Shown here piece by piece: positions 24,826 through 26,048 of a DNA stretch of 26,048 bases. The notes below the pieces were generated by a model that saw only the letters and a list, made by a program, of their open reading frames with translations, was not told the DNA's origin and did not search any database. Each line of letters begins with the position of its first letter. The stretch's first letter is position 1. A program made the translations under genes and the position numbers. Source of the DNA: Verrucomicrobiota bacterium (lineage in GTDB: Bacteria > Verrucomicrobiota > Verrucomicrobiia > Limisphaerales > JADLHS01); assembly GCA_043741175.1 (NCBI GenBank), contig JAYUAV010000533.1, forward strand, positions 1 through 26,048, in the 5' to 3' direction.

Positions 24826-25791
24826 TTATTCTTTGGATGCCTTGTCAGCGAGGGCGGCTTTCCGCGCGGCGTCGGCCTTCATGATTTCGACAGCTTCGCC
24901 AGCGGGCAATACCAGATTTGCCATCACGCGGTCGCCCTCCTGCGCCAGTGAGATGGCATTGGCAACCTTGACCGATTCAGGTTTGTCGTTCTGCATTTTT
25001 GCCAGCGATACCAATCCTTGTACGATGGAAAGAACATTCGTCGCCACTTCTCCGCTGTCAGCCACAAGCGTTAGTCTGGCATTCAACTTTTTTTGCGATT
25101 CGCCTAATTCCAGTTGCAGCGATTGTGACATCTTCAGGATCGCAGCGTTCGGATCGGAATCAGGCAGTTTCATTTTCCGGACTGCGGCCTCAATGAAAGA
25201 AGTGCTCCCAGACACGCCAAGTTCAGAAAAGTTTTTTGTGCTCGCAAGATTGGCTGAACTACCTGAGATCACCGTCAAAGCCCGGGCCACTGCATCTTCA
25301 CGCTGGCCGAAGATAACGCGGTTGCCTTTGATCGCAGCATAGGTGCGCGGCTTGATGCCATCCTTGGACGTTTTCTTTTCATCAATCCAGCTATGGATGA
25401 CGACTGATCCATGGTCGCTGCTTTGATAGTCCTTGGCTGCTTGGGCAAGCGTGACGAGGCGGGCGGAATCGAAATCTGCATAGACCACCAGCACACCATC
25501 CTCCGGCGACGGGCTTTCGCTATAAACTGTCACGCCATGCAATTGGGTGCGGAGATCGAAATGAAAAATGGTTTGAAACGCCGCAAGTTTCGCCTTGGCT
25601 TCGGGCTTGCCTGTTTCCGATAGGACATGTTGACCGATGATTGTAGGTCGCAGGGCGTCGCAATCAAGATGCAGCAACCATGCGGGATTGGTGGTCACAT
25701 CCGCACGTTTCAGCGGAGCCGCCACAGCCAGTAATCCAGATGAGCAGACAGCGGCAGCGACAAAGATGGATTTCAGATGGTTCGAGTTCAT
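24826..25791 (-). CDS. Hypothetical exported protein (321 aa), first gene of the ECF operon
   Basis: Signal-peptide-like N-terminus (LLAVAA/APL), 28-nt gap to the sigma gene and an A/C-rich leader. Confidence 0.8.
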   Translation of the reverse strand: MNSNHLKSIFVAAAVCSSGLLAVAAPLKRADVTTNPAWLLHLDCDALRPTIIGQHVLSETGKPEAKAKLAAFQTIFHFDLRTQLHGVTVYSESPSPEDGVLVVYADFDSARLVTLAQAAKDYQSSDHGSVVIHSWIDEKKTSKDGIKPRTYAAIKGNRVIFGQREDAVARALTVISGSSANLASTKNFSELGVSGSTSFIEAAVRKMKLPDSDPNAAILKMSQSLQLELGESQKKLNARLTLVADSGEVATNVLSIVQGLVSLAKMQNDKPESVKVANAISLAQEGDRVMANLVLPAGEAVEIMKADAARKAALADKASKE

Positions 25792-25850
25792 AATGTTTTG
25801 CGTTCGTGTTTTGTGTGTTTGAGGCGGAGTTTTCCCGTCTCAACTAAGGA

Positions 25851-25877
25851 TACGTTGGCGGGTAGAGAGAGGTTACA
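25851..25877 (-). promoter_or_regulatory. ECF-type promoter (probable autoregulation)
   Basis: Minus strand reads TGTAAC-17 nt-CGTA, ~60 nt upstream of ATG 25791. Matches the -35 AAC / -10 CGT ECF pattern. Confidence 0.55.
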
Positions 25878-26048
25878 TTTGATTGAGATTTCTTTTCAGA
25901 TCAACAGTCAGTTGTCGGCCCGGTACGCCGCGTTCTCTGGCATTGATGGATTTGGAATAATTCTGTGGCCAGAATATGTCACAAGCCTTTTGCGGGGTGT
26001 GACTGAAAGTGCCGCTCAAGTTTGGGGCGTCGAGGGAAAAATGTGGAG

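Overview
A mostly core-genome bacterial window. Gene style (Tat-exported Gfo/Idh/MocA, DUF1080, GH2, GTP-type PEPCK, A/C-rich leaders mostly without Shine-Dalgarno) suggests Verrucomicrobiota, probably Pedosphaerales/Limisphaerales; this is an inference. Genes in order: a minus-strand block (hypothetical, GNAT, double zinc-ribbon, partial DUF5009/HGSNAT-like), CBM48 protein, sugar nucleotidyltransferase, WecA/MraY-family transferase, a small exported protein, HU, an LMW-PTP-like protein, tRNA-Arg(CCG), glgP, rlmN, Gfo/Idh/MocA, a hypothetical, DUF1080, pckG, glnK-amtB, RNase D, GH2, and an exported protein/ECF sigma/anti-sigma operon. The non-routine signals are mainly non-coding. (1) A candidate sigma-54-driven ~140-nt sRNA upstream of glnK-amtB, with seven GGUUG motifs in or at the edge of the transcript and a 9-nt seed complementary to the glnK leader. 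(2) Palindromic elements built of 7-nt or 10-nt internal repeats, one inserted in-frame inside rlmN. (3) An integrase-less two-cassette integron remnant with a damaged attC. (4) An orphan 3' end of a type II glutamine synthetase gene with its terminator. (5) A ~100-nt hairpin plus terminator-like structure upstream of glgP. No CRISPR, rRNA, integrase or transposase was seen.
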